From Octopus vulgaris (taxonomy: Eukaryota): a stretch of 64,000 nucleotides of DNA. Of the stretch, positions 41,438-53,872 are shown piece after piece (position 1 is the stretch's first letter; every line of letters begins with the position of its first letter). The notes beneath the pieces are model-generated. The model worked only from the letters and a program-made list of their open reading frames with translations, searched no databases and was not told where the DNA came from. The position numbers and the translations under genes are program-made. The DNA lies in the NCBI GenBank assembly GCA_951406725.2, contig OX597837.1, positions 15,190,001-15,254,000 of the forward strand, read 5' to 3'.

Positions 41438-41442
<5 letters not shown>
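40642..41442 (-). mobile_element. 1.5-copy tandem of a 528-bp unit between (TA)n tracts; Penelope pLTR or retrozyme-like
   Basis: gcaaaaaagggtggaatat starts at 40642 and 41170; the second copy stops at aatcccagcctat; variant hammerhead on the minus strand at 40921-40978. Confidence 0.75.
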
Positions 41443-41494
<52 letters not shown>

Positions 41495-42023
41495 AAAGGG
41501 AGAGAGAGCGAGAATATGAAGGGTTTGGCTCGCTTGTGATCTAAACGAATAGGCACAGTGGGTAAGTGCAATGGTTGGTCGATCATTAGATTCCAAGATC
41601 ACGCCTAAGGCTGGATCTAGGGTTCCGTGTTTGGCTTCTGTTATAAACCAAAACCAAGGCAGAACAAATATCTCAATTCATTTAGAATATTCTAATTAGG
41701 GTAAGGTTGAATTCGAAGTCTTTACAGCTGTTTCTGGGATAACCCAAGTGGTTGGTTATCATGTCCGTGCACTGAGTTTTGGCTGCCATGTTGTTTGTAT
41801 GGCCGTCTGTTATATGTGCAAAACATGGCAGCCAAAACTCAGGATTTTTAGCGAGGCACAACTTTATGTATGGATGTACCCGATGAGACTCAGACTGCAA
41901 AATGGATGCAAAACAACATGTTGCACAGAGTCCCACCCATAAGGGACAATGGCAGGATGGGTTAAAACGACTGTTGTCTAAAATAAAGATTTATATCAAA
42001 TTCATCTTCTGGTTACTTAAGAA

Positions 42024-42265
<242 letters not shown>

Positions 42266-42466
42266 CTCAACTAACACTGCAAAGTTCCTGAAGAAGATTC
42301 AACAGAGTTATAGCCCAACTGTGGATGATACCAGGCAACCCAAACCATGCCAGTGTTTTACTCAACACTTCAACACACTAATCAACATATAACCATTAGT
42401 CCCAAATATTAGATGTATATATATAATAAATAATTATCCAAAATTCTGACTGCCTCCTTCTTTTTA

Positions 42467-42541
<75 letters not shown>

Positions 42542-42642
42542 AGAATTGGAAACCAAAACAATAAACTAAACAATTAGATAATTTAATCATTAAATGATTA
42601 ATTCAGTTTTATTATTTTATACAAACAAATGACACATCTCGT

Positions 42643-42732
42643 AAATTACAGCTGTTTCGACACCATTAATAAAAACAAGTCTTTCAAGAATAATCAAATA
42701 TCGTTTAAATATAATGAGGTTTCATCAGATAT
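42643..42732 (-). ncRNA. Type I hammerhead remnant, 5' stem I truncated at (TA)n
   Basis: Minus strand: CTGATGA-aacctcatta...taatggtgtc-GAAA-CAGCTG-TA-attt; palindromic ACAGCTGT stem III, GUA site. Confidence 0.6.
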
Positions 42733-43335
42733 ATATACATATATATACGATATTTAAATCTTTCTGTATCTTTGATAACATTGGTTCTGTTGTTAAGTTA
42801 AAACTCATTTTATACATGGCCCATTATTGTTTCTTCCTCTCTGTGAATCTCATCGAATTCCTTCTCATATAGAGTTGCAGAATTGAAGAACTCCGGTTGT
42901 TTATCCATTCACATGTCTACCAAAGGTTTTATGAAAATTCAGACATGTTTCAACTTACGTCGTTTCGCGTTACGTCCTTTTGGACTTCGTTTCTTTTTTA
43001 AAAAGAAACTAATAGGATAAATAAACCTCAACTTCAGTCGATTTATCCCGATTTACATCGGTCTCACCTAACATATTTGGAACTAAAATTTTTTTTTTTA
43101 AACTCATCCACAAACCAATAATGGAATGGAAAATCAAATGAAACGCAAATGAAAATATGCACAAACCAGTTATTAAAACTTATCTGTTTGTATCACGTGA
43201 CCGATGTGAGTCTGGATCTAAACTGATTTTAAAAGAGCAAAATCGATACAAATTTAACCGCCAAGGAAGAAAGTAATCGGCAACGAAAGTAAATCAAAAC
43301 CGCTGGAATGTAAAAAGATATATTTTACCATAAAA

Positions 43336-43755
43336 GGCGCAAGAGTAGCTGCGTGGTAAGTAGCTTGCTTACCAACCACATGGTTCCCCGTTCAGTCCTT
43401 CTGTTTGGCACCTTGGGAAAATGTCCTCTACTATAGCATCGGGCCAGCCGAATCCCTGTAAGTGGATTTGGTAGACGGAAACCGAAAGAAGTCCATCGTA
43501 TACATATATATGTGTGTGTGTGAGTGTGTGTGTGTATGTATGTATGTGTGTATGTATGTGTGACTGTTTGTCCCCCACTACCATCGCTTGACAACTGATG
43601 CTGGTGTGTTTACGTCCCCGTAACTTAGCGTTTCGGCAAAAGAGTCCGATAGAATAAGTACCAGGCTTACAAAGAATAAGTCCTGGGGTCGATGTGTTCG
43701 ACTAAATGCGGTGCTCCAGCATGGCCGCAGTCAAATGACTGAAACAGGTAAAAGA
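43336..43755 (+). mobile_element. Full-length SINE family A
   Basis: tRNA-like head ggcgcaagagtagctgcgtggtaag...gttcagtcc, internal (TG)n, tail ccagcatggccgcagtcaaatgactgaaacaggtaaaaga. Confidence 0.85.
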
Positions 43756-43911
43756 AATACGTATTGAAAAAATACGCTCGAAGCGGAACAAGTCAAAAAT
43801 ATGACGGGACTTTCTTGGGAGCATCGTGTGTGTGTGTGTGTGTGTTTGAGTACGTGTAAGTGTTTGTGTATGTATGTACGTAACGTATTTTGAAAACTTT
43901 TACACTGTGTA

Positions 43912-43952
<41 letters not shown>

Positions 43953-43963
43953 ACACACAACAC

Positions 43964-43998
<35 letters not shown>

Positions 43999-44584
43999 CA
44001 CAACACAATCAGTCTTAATAGATAAGAGTCGAAATCCTTTTCTTGTAAATTCATTCACGTTGAAAGAAAATCACGAGTCGAAATATTTCACGTTTCTCCC
44101 ACTCGCCTTTCTTCCTCTTCAATATTCTTTGTCGCCTCTTTTCTTTCTTTCTTTCTTTCTTTTGTGTTGTGGCGCGAGGTGGGGGATGGAGGGGGATCCC
44201 TTTTATCTTTCGCCGAACCAACCAACCAACCAACCAACCAGTCGTCTTACTCTTCTAATATTATAGAATGCCTTCCACAACGAGGCTCATATATTTCTAG
44301 TTTCGTCGGTCTTTTTGCCTCTCCGCCATCTTTAAGTGTTTTGACAAATCAAAAGTGTTAGTGTTACTCGATGCGTATTTTTTATCATTTTCTTCCCTTT
44401 TTGTCACCATCTCCCCCCTCTCTCTCTATCTATCTATGCATGACTGTGTGGTAAGAAGCTTGCTTCCCAACCACCTGGTTCAACGTTCAATCCCACTGCG
44501 TGACACTAGGCAAGCGTCTTCAATAATAGCCCCAGGCCAACCAAAATCTTGTGCGTGAACTTGATAGACGGAAACTGAAGCCCG

Positions 44585-44639
<55 letters not shown>

Positions 44640-44659
44640 TGCTCTTCCCTCGGGCGACT

Positions 44660-45026
44660 CCCTAGTGTCATTCAACAACACCAGAGGCCTTGGAGTAATT
44701 GTTGATAACAATCTAAGCTGGAGTTCCCACGTAAACAGCAAGGTTGACTTGTCCCCCAAGATGTGCTCCTAGATTCTGAGAACTTTCCGGTCTAGAGATG
44801 CCCATACTATCATCCTTCTCTACTCTACTTTTGCTCCACCTCACCTTGAATACAGTTGCTTACTGTGGTCCCTTCATACGAAGCAACTCATTATGAAAGT
44901 GGAAGCACTCCAGAGGTCCATAACAAGACACACGGCATGAGAGGCATTCACTATTGGAGTCGACTAGAAACACTCAGCCTCTACTCTCTACAACGCCGCC
45001 GGGAGCGCTACATCATTTGTGTGATG
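44660..45026 (+). pseudogene. CR1-clade LINE reverse transcriptase C-terminal remnant, ending at the tandem array
   Basis: Frameshifted RGLGVIVDNNLSWSSHVNSKV...ILRTFRSRD...PHLEYSCLLWS...VEALQRSITR...GMRGIHYWSRLETLSLYSLQRRRERYII; the LxLxSLxxRRxR motif is typical of CR1. Confidence 0.8.
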
Positions 45027-45088
45027 TTGAACCACACGCGTATTTATCGTTATGGTAAAATCTGGCGTGTGATTGAGTGGATTTCATC

Positions 45089-45182
45089 CAGATAGTCTTG
45101 GCTGACGAGCTACAAATGGATTATTGTAAGTAATATTACATTTAATTCATTAATAGCGAAACAATTGTCCCAAAATAATCTG
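45089..45182 (+). ncRNA. Type I hammerhead ribozyme (first of 12; others at +533n)
   Basis: Stem I cagatagtcttgg / ccaaaataatctg (11 of 13 pairs); core CTGACGA 45102-45108; stem II GCTA...TAGC with long extension; GAAA 45158-45161; palindromic stem III ACAATTGT; GUC cleavage after 45169. Confidence 0.9.
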
Positions 45183-48100
45183 TATTTTTGTTATTTTTTA
45201 TTTGCCCTGTCCGTGTGAGCTAACAGTCGTACTGGCTTTCATGGGAAACATGTATTTTCGTGGTTGAAACCTTTTGGATTAACTGGTGCTAGAGTGATCA
45301 ATATAGTGACCACTCTCTTATATTTATTTTGTGAAAATATTATAATATGTTATAAAATATTATAATAATCCAGGTTTCTCGTAGCACTAGGCCACTTGGT
45401 GTGGAATAAATATACTATTAAATTAGTATCTAATTCTCTCACCCTTATTAATTAATTATAATTATGCTGCATTTATTTCTAAATGCTGTATTTGTTTTCC
45501 GTGAGAGTTTGGCGCGCTGTTGGTTGGGGCATTTGAATTATAACGTCGGATGTAATCAATTGAACCACACGCGTATTTATCGTTATGGTAAAATCTGGCG
45601 TGTGATTGAGTGGATTTCATCCAGATAGTCTTGGCTGACGAGCTACAAATGGATTATTGTAAGTAATATTACATTTAATTCATTAATAGCGAAACAATTG
45701 TCCCAAAATAATCTGTATTTTTGTTATTTTTTATTTGCCCTGTCCGTGTGAGCTAACAGTCGTACTGGCTTTCATGGGAAACATGTATTTTCGTGGTTGA
45801 AACCTTTTGGATTAACTGGTGCTAGAGTGATCAATATAGTGACCACTCTCTTATATTTATTTTGTGAAAATATTATAATATGTTATAAAATATTATAATA
45901 ATCCAGGTTTCTCGTAGCACTAGGCCACTTGGTGTGGAATAAATATACTATTAAATTAGTATCTAATTCTCTCACCCTTATTAATTAATTATAATTATGC
46001 TGCATTTATTTCTAAATGCTGTATTTGTTTTCCGTGAGAGTTTGGCGCGCTGTTGGTTGGGGCATTTGAATTATAACGTCGGATGTAATCAATTGAACCA
46101 CACGCGTATTTATCGTTATGGTAAAATCTGGCGTGTGATTGAGTGGATTTCATCCAGATAGTCTTGGCTGACGAGCTACAAATGGATTATTGTAAGTAAT
46201 ATTACATTTAATTCATTAATAGCGAAACAATTGTCCCAAAATAATCTGTATTTTTGTTATTTTTTATTTGCCCTGTCCGTGTGAGCTAACAGTCGTACTG
46301 GCTTTCATGGGAAACATGTATTTTCGTGGTTGAAACCTTTTGGATTAACTGGTGCTAGAGTGATCAATATAGTGACCACTCTCTTATATTTATTTTGTGA
46401 AAATATTATAATATGTTATAAAATATTATAATAATCCAGGTTTCTCGTAGCACTAGGCCACTTGGTGTGGAATAAATATACTATTAAATTAGTATCTAAT
46501 TCTCTCACCCTTATTAATTAATTATAATTATGCTGCATTTATTTCTAAATGCTGTATTTGTTTTCCGTGAGAGTTTGGCGCGCTGTTGGTTGGGGCATTT
46601 GAATTATAACGTCGGATGTAATCAATTGAACCACACGCGTATTTATCGTTATGGTAAAATCTGGCGTGTGATTGAGTGGATTTCATCCAGATAGTCTTGG
46701 CTGACGAGCTACAAATGGATTATTGTAAGTAATATTACATTTAATTCATTAATAGCGAAACAATTGTCCCAAAATAATCTGTATTTTTGTTATTTTTTAT
46801 TTGCCCTGTCCGTGTGAGCTAACAGTCGTACTGGCTTTCATGGGAAACATGTATTTTCGTGGTTGAAACCTTTTGGATTAACTGGTGCTAGAGTGATCAA
46901 TATAGTGACCACTCTCTTATATTTATTTTGTGAAAATATTATAATATGTTATAAAATATTATAATAATCCAGGTTTCTCGTAGCACTAGGCCACTTGGTG
47001 TGGAATAAATATACTATTAAATTAGTATCTAATTCTCTCACCCTTATTAATTAATTATAATTATGCTGCATTTATTTCTAAATGCTGTATTTGTTTTCCG
47101 TGAGAGTTTGGCGCGCTGTTGGTTGGGGCATTTGAATTATAACGTCGGATGTAATCAATTGAACCACACGCGTATTTATCGTTATGGTAAAATCTGGCGT
47201 GTGATTGAGTGGATTTCATCCAGATAGTCTTGGCTGACGAGCTACAAATGGATTATTGTAAGTAATATTACATTTAATTCATTAATAGCGAAACAATTGT
47301 CCCAAAATAATCTGTATTTTTGTTATTTTTTATTTGCCCTGTCCGTGTGAGCTAACAGTCGTACTGGCTTTCATGGGAAACATGTATTTTCGTGGTTGAA
47401 ACCTTTTGGATTAACTGGTGCTAGAGTGATCAATATAGTGACCACTCTCTTATATTTATTTTGTGAAAATATTATAATATGTTATAAAATATTATAATAA
47501 TCCAGGTTTCTCGTAGCACTAGGCCACTTGGTGTGGAATAAATATACTATTAAATTAGTATCTAATTCTCTCACCCTTATTAATTAATTATAATTATGCT
47601 GCATTTATTTCTAAATGCTGTATTTGTTTTCCGTGAGAGTTTGGCGCGCTGTTGGTTGGGGCATTTGAATTATAACGTCGGATGTAATCAATTGAACCAC
47701 ACGCGTATTTATCGTTATGGTAAAATCTGGCGTGTGATTGAGTGGATTTCATCCAGATAGTCTTGGCTGACGAGCTACAAATGGATTATTGTAAGTAATA
47801 TTACATTTAATTCATTAATAGCGAAACAATTGTCCCAAAATAATCTGTATTTTTGTTATTTTTTATTTGCCCTGTCCGTGTGAGCTAACAGTCGTACTGG
47901 CTTTCATGGGAAACATGTATTTTCGTGGTTGAAACCTTTTGGATTAACTGGTGCTAGAGTGATCAATATAGTGACCACTCTCTTATATTTATTTTGTGAA
48001 AATATTATAATATGTTATAAAATATTATAATAATCCAGGTTTCTCGTAGCACTAGGCCACTTGGTGTGGAATAAATATACTATTAAATTAGTATCTAATT

Positions 48101-50951
48101 CTCTCACCCTTATTAATTAATTATAATTATGCTGCATTTATTTCTAAATGCTGTATTTGTTTTCCGTGAGAGTTTGGCGCGCTGTTGGTTGGGGCATTTG
48201 AATTATAACGTCGGATGTAATCAATTGAACCACACGCGTATTTATCGTTATGGTAAAATCTGGCGTGTGATTGAGTGGATTTCATCCAGATAGTCTTGGC
48301 TGACGAGCTACAAATGGATTATTGTAAGTAATATTACATTTAATTCATTAATAGCGAAACAATTGTCCCAAAATAATCTGTATTTTTGTTATTTTTTATT
48401 TGCCCTGTCCGTGTGAGCTAACAGTCGTACTGGCTTTCATGGGAAACATGTATTTTCGTGGTTGAAACCTTTTGGATTAACTGGTGCTAGAGTGATCAAT
48501 ATAGTGACCACTCTCTTATATTTATTTTGTGAAAATATTATAATATGTTATAAAATATTATAATAATCCAGGTTTCTCGTAGCACTAGGCCACTTGGTGT
48601 GGAATAAATATACTATTAAATTAGTATCTAATTCTCTCACCCTTATTAATTAATTATAATTATGCTGCATTTATTTCTAAATGCTGTATTTGTTTTCCGT
48701 GAGAGTTTGGCGCGCTGTTGGTTGGGGCATTTGAATTATAACGTCGGATGTAATCAATTGAACCACACGCGTATTTATCGTTATGGTAAAATCTGGCGTG
48801 TGATTGAGTGGATTTCATCCAGATAGTCTTGGCTGACGAGCTACAAATGGATTATTGTAAGTAATATTACATTTAATTCATTAATAGCGAAACAATTGTC
48901 CCAAAATAATCTGTATTTTTGTTATTTTTTATTTGCCCTGTCCGTGTGAGCTAACAGTCGTACTGGCTTTCATGGGAAACATGTATTTTCGTGGTTGAAA
49001 CCTTTTGGATTAACTGGTGCTAGAGTGATCAATATAGTGACCACTCTCTTATATTTATTTTGTGAAAATATTATAATATGTTATAAAATATTATAATAAT
49101 CCAGGTTTCTCGTAGCACTAGGCCACTTGGTGTGGAATAAATATACTATTAAATTAGTATCTAATTCTCTCACCCTTATTAATTAATTATAATTATGCTG
49201 CATTTATTTCTAAATGCTGTATTTGTTTTCCGTGAGAGTTTGGCGCGCTGTTGGTTGGGGCATTTGAATTATAACGTCGGATGTAATCAATTGAACCACA
49301 CGCGTATTTATCGTTATGGTAAAATCTGGCGTGTGATTGAGTGGATTTCATCCAGATAGTCTTGGCTGACGAGCTACAAATGGATTATTGTAAGTAATAT
49401 TACATTTAATTCATTAATAGCGAAACAATTGTCCCAAAATAATCTGTATTTTTGTTATTTTTTATTTGCCCTGTCCGTGTGAGCTAACAGTCGTACTGGC
49501 TTTCATGGGAAACATGTATTTTCGTGGTTGAAACCTTTTGGATTAACTGGTGCTAGAGTGATCAATATAGTGACCACTCTCTTATATTTATTTTGTGAAA
49601 ATATTATAATATGTTATAAAATATTATAATAATCCAGGTTTCTCGTAGCACTAGGCCACTTGGTGTGGAATAAATATACTATTAAATTAGTATCTAATTC
49701 TCTCACCCTTATTAATTAATTATAATTATGCTGCATTTATTTCTAAATGCTGTATTTGTTTTCCGTGAGAGTTTGGCGCGCTGTTGGTTGGGGCATTTGA
49801 ATTATAACGTCGGATGTAATCAATTGAACCACACGCGTATTTATCGTTATGGTAAAATCTGGCGTGTGATTGAGTGGATTTCATCCAGATAGTCTTGGCT
49901 GACGAGCTACAAATGGATTATTGTAAGTAATATTACATTTAATTCATTAATAGCGAAACAATTGTCCCAAAATAATCTGTATTTTTGTTATTTTTTATTT
50001 GCCCTGTCCGTGTGAGCTAACAGTCGTACTGGCTTTCATGGGAAACATGTATTTTCGTGGTTGAAACCTTTTGGATTAACTGGTGCTAGAGTGATCAATA
50101 TAGTGACCACTCTCTTATATTTATTTTGTGAAAATATTATAATATGTTATAAAATATTATAATAATCCAGGTTTCTCGTAGCACTAGGCCACTTGGTGTG
50201 GAATAAATATACTATTAAATTAGTATCTAATTCTCTCACCCTTATTAATTAATTATAATTATGCTGCATTTATTTCTAAATGCTGTATTTGTTTTCCGTG
50301 AGAGTTTGGCGCGCTGTTGGTTGGGGCATTTGAATTATAACGTCGGATGTAATCAATTGAACCACACGCGTATTTATCGTTATGGTAAAATCTGGCGTGT
50401 GATTGAGTGGATTTCATCCAGATAGTCTTGGCTGACGAGCTACAAATGGATTATTGTAAGTAATATTACATTTAATTCATTAATAGCGAAACAATTGTCC
50501 CAAAATAATCTGTATTTTTGTTATTTTTTATTTGCCCTGTCCGTGTGAGCTAACAGTCGTACTGGCTTTCATGGGAAACATGTATTTTCGTGGTTGAAAC
50601 CTTTTGGATTAACTGGTGCTAGAGTGATCAATATAGTGACCACTCTCTTATATTTATTTTGTGAAAATATTATAATATGTTATAAAATATTATAATAATC
50701 CAGGTTTCTCGTAGCACTAGGCCACTTGGTGTGGAATAAATATACTATTAAATTAGTATCTAATTCTCTCACCCTTATTAATTAATTATAATTATGCTGC
50801 ATTTATTTCTAAATGCTGTATTTGTTTTCCGTGAGAGTTTGGCGCGCTGTTGGTTGGGGCATTTGAATTATAACGTCGGATGTAATCAATTGAACCACAC
50901 GCGTATTTATCGTTATGGTAAAATCTGGCGTGTGATTGAGTGGATTTCATC

Positions 50952-51045
50952 CAGATAGTCTTGGCTGACGAGCTACAAATGGATTATTGTAAGTAATATT
51001 ACATTTAATTCATTAATAGCGAAACAATTGTCCCAAAATAATCTG
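50952..51045 (+). ncRNA. Type I hammerhead ribozyme (12th and last copy in the array)
   Basis: Same sequence as the first copy; predicted cleavage after 51032. Confidence 0.9.
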
Positions 51046-51228
51046 TATTTTTGTTATTTTTTATTTGCCCTGTCCGTGTGAGCTAACAGTCGTACTGGCT
51101 TTCATGGGAAACATGTATTTTCGTGGTTGAAACCTTTTGGATTAACTGGTGCTAGAGTGATCAATATAGTGACCACTCTCTTATATTTATTTTATATGTA
51201 TATATATATATGCATATATATATATTTA

Positions 51229-51292
<64 letters not shown>

Positions 51293-52926
51293 TGTATGTA
51301 TGTGTGTGTGTCTATGTATATATATATATGTATTTACATTGTGTGTACATATATTTTACCTAATCTATTTTGCCCCCACCCACTTACCTATCAGCCCTGT
51401 CCCTTTCTCCTTCAATGAATTCAGCGTTCTCCCACCGCCCCTCTTCACTAAAAACACATCCAATGGATATGTACGTACGTATGTATGTATGTATGTATGT
51501 ATGTATGTATGTATGTATGTATGTATGTATGTATGTATGTATGTATGTATGTATGTATTACATACACACCAGCAGGCAACTATGACGAACTTGACCAAAA
51601 TTATAAGCAGCTCCAAAGGGACACTTTTCCTTATTTAAAACTAAAAATAAATTCCAAAATAAATAAATATAATACAATATTAAAAACCTCCGAAAATAAA
51701 AGGGAAAAAAGATTCAAATAAAGCCGGTCCATTTGCTTGTTCTTTGAGTTTTCCTTGTAACTCAATCCGGCACTTTAGGCATGTTTTGTTAAGTAAAAAT
51801 GACTTTTTAACGATGTGTGAAGGCTCCGACTTGAATCTCGTATTTCGTGTTAAGATGGCCGTCTTGTTTGATCGAGGCTATTATTCCTACGGTCTTATCT
51901 GTGTTGGATCGTCACTAGGGTGGCACGGTAGAGAAAGAAAGAAAGGAAAGAAAGGTAAGAAACAAAGAAAGAGAGAAAGGAAGGAAAGAAAGAAAGGGAG
52001 GAAGGAAGAATGAAAGGCAAGAAGAAAGAAAGCCAGACAGAAACCATTTCTAGATAGATTGATAGATAGATAGAAGGATATATAGATAGATAGATTGATA
52101 GATGGAAGGATAGATAGATAGAAGAAGAAAAAGGAGGAAGAGGAGGAAGATGACGTGGAAGAAGAAAGGGAAGAAAAAAGAGAAGTAAATGAAGAAAAAG
52201 GAGGAGGGGAAGAAGAAAAAGATGAAGAAGTAGAAGAAAAGATGAAGCAGAAGAGGAGGAGGAGGAGGGGGAGGAGCAAGATAAGAGAAGAAGAAGAAGA
52301 AGAAGAAGAAGATGAAGAAAGAGAAGGAGGAGGAGAGGGAGAGGGAGGAGGAGGAAAAGGAAAAGAAGAAGAAGAAGAAGAAGAAGAAGAAGAAGAAGAG
52401 ACTAGATAAGACTTGATGTTTTCGTTACTGTTGGATGTAAATTGCAGAGAAAGATGGCGTCGGCCGGAGCGGTGAGCGGTGAAGAGTTTTATGGCTCATT
52501 GCACAACACAGGACTGGTTTTTTTGCAGCGAGGAAGGTTTTATCTCTTTCTTTCCTCCTTCCCTTCTCTCTTTCTCTCCGCTTATTGTCATCACTTATTT
52601 TCAATTATTGAAGAACCCCTCACCCCCCAACCCCCGTTTCTCACCTGAACTTCTCTAATCTACCTTGGTGAAAATCTTCACAAGATTAACAATTAATTCA
52701 TCCCGCTCCTTCCTTCTTTCTTTTTTCCCCCTCTTCCTCCCTCCCTCTCCCCCTTCTTGCCCCCCTTCTATGGGAAACGTCTGGTTATGTATGCATATGT
52801 ATGTGAGTATGTATATGTATGTACGTGAGTGTGTGTATATGCATGTATACATGTGTATGTATGTATATACAGACACACACACATATGTTGGTATATGTAT
52901 ATGTAATGTAAGTATACGTGTGTATA

Positions 52927-52999
<73 letters not shown>

Positions 53000-53019
53000 G
53001 TGTGTGTGTGCGTGTATGT

Positions 53020-53263
53020 GTGTAACATTGACTGTTTTTTTCCGTCCTTGTTTCCGTATACATTCGATGCTTTTTTCCAAGGAATCTAATGCTCTTATCT
53101 TAGTTTTTCCTTGGGGCTGGCCAGATTGGAGCAATTTCAAGTATAATCAGCCGAAATTGCGAAGATAATCTGGTACTCGACTGAGGAAAGAAAACTTCGA
53201 ATGACCCGTCCTTGTTTTCTTTGTATCGTCTATCTGGTTGTTTTGCGTTCTTGTCCCATTTTG

Positions 53264-53270
<7 letters not shown>
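53020..53270 (+). mobile_element. Unclassified insert between microsatellites, probably a Penelope-like terminal fragment
   Basis: Unique ~250 bp ending in (TA)n; contains ctgaggaaagaaaacttcgaa, a non-canonical hammerhead-like motif. Confidence 0.35.
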
Positions 53271-53343
<73 letters not shown>

Positions 53344-53491
53344 AGATGTATATACAAATATATGTATGTATAATATATGTATATATATATGTATGTATGT
53401 ATATATATATAAACATGTATACATATATGTTTATATATCTTCATATATATATATATATATATATAGAAGGAATAGATAACGAATATATATG

Positions 53492-53564
<73 letters not shown>

Positions 53565-53567
53565 GTA

Positions 53568-53607
<40 letters not shown>

Positions 53608-53623
53608 GTATGTATGTATGTTC

Positions 53624-53656
<33 letters not shown>

Positions 53657-53776
53657 TGTTCATATATATATGTATGTATGTATGTATATACATATATATA
53701 CACATATATATCCACCCCCGTAGCAAAATTGTTATTAATGCCATTAAAGCTATACTTGCCTTGAGCTAGAAAAGAT

Positions 53777-53872
<96 letters not shown>

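Larger units (their letters stand above)
45027..51193 (+). mobile_element. Tandem array of 11.6 x 533-bp units, each with a type I hammerhead ribozyme (non-LTR retrozyme / Penelope pLTR-derived)
   Basis: tgaaccacacgcg recurs at 45028, 45561, 46094, 46627, 47160, 47693, 48226, 48759, 49292, 49825, 50358 and 50891 (exact 533 period); no unit differences seen by eye; ends at a (TA)n tract. Confidence 0.93.

Noticed and set aside
45027-45560. A second ribozyme on the minus strand (viroid-like ambisense)
   Set aside because: Only ctggatgaaatcc was found; no CUGANGA...GAAA arrangement on that strand
45027-51193. Array as CRISPR, rDNA/5S/snRNA cluster or coding repeat
   Set aside because: No unique spacers, no recognisable structural RNA gene, and no ORF of 60 aa or more wholly inside it; stops are frequent, so rolling-circle translation is unsupported
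53175-53215. ctgaggaaagaaaacttcgaatgacccgtc as an active hammerhead
   Set aside because: GAAT replaces GAAA and stem I is unconvincing; kept only as a possible degenerate remnant
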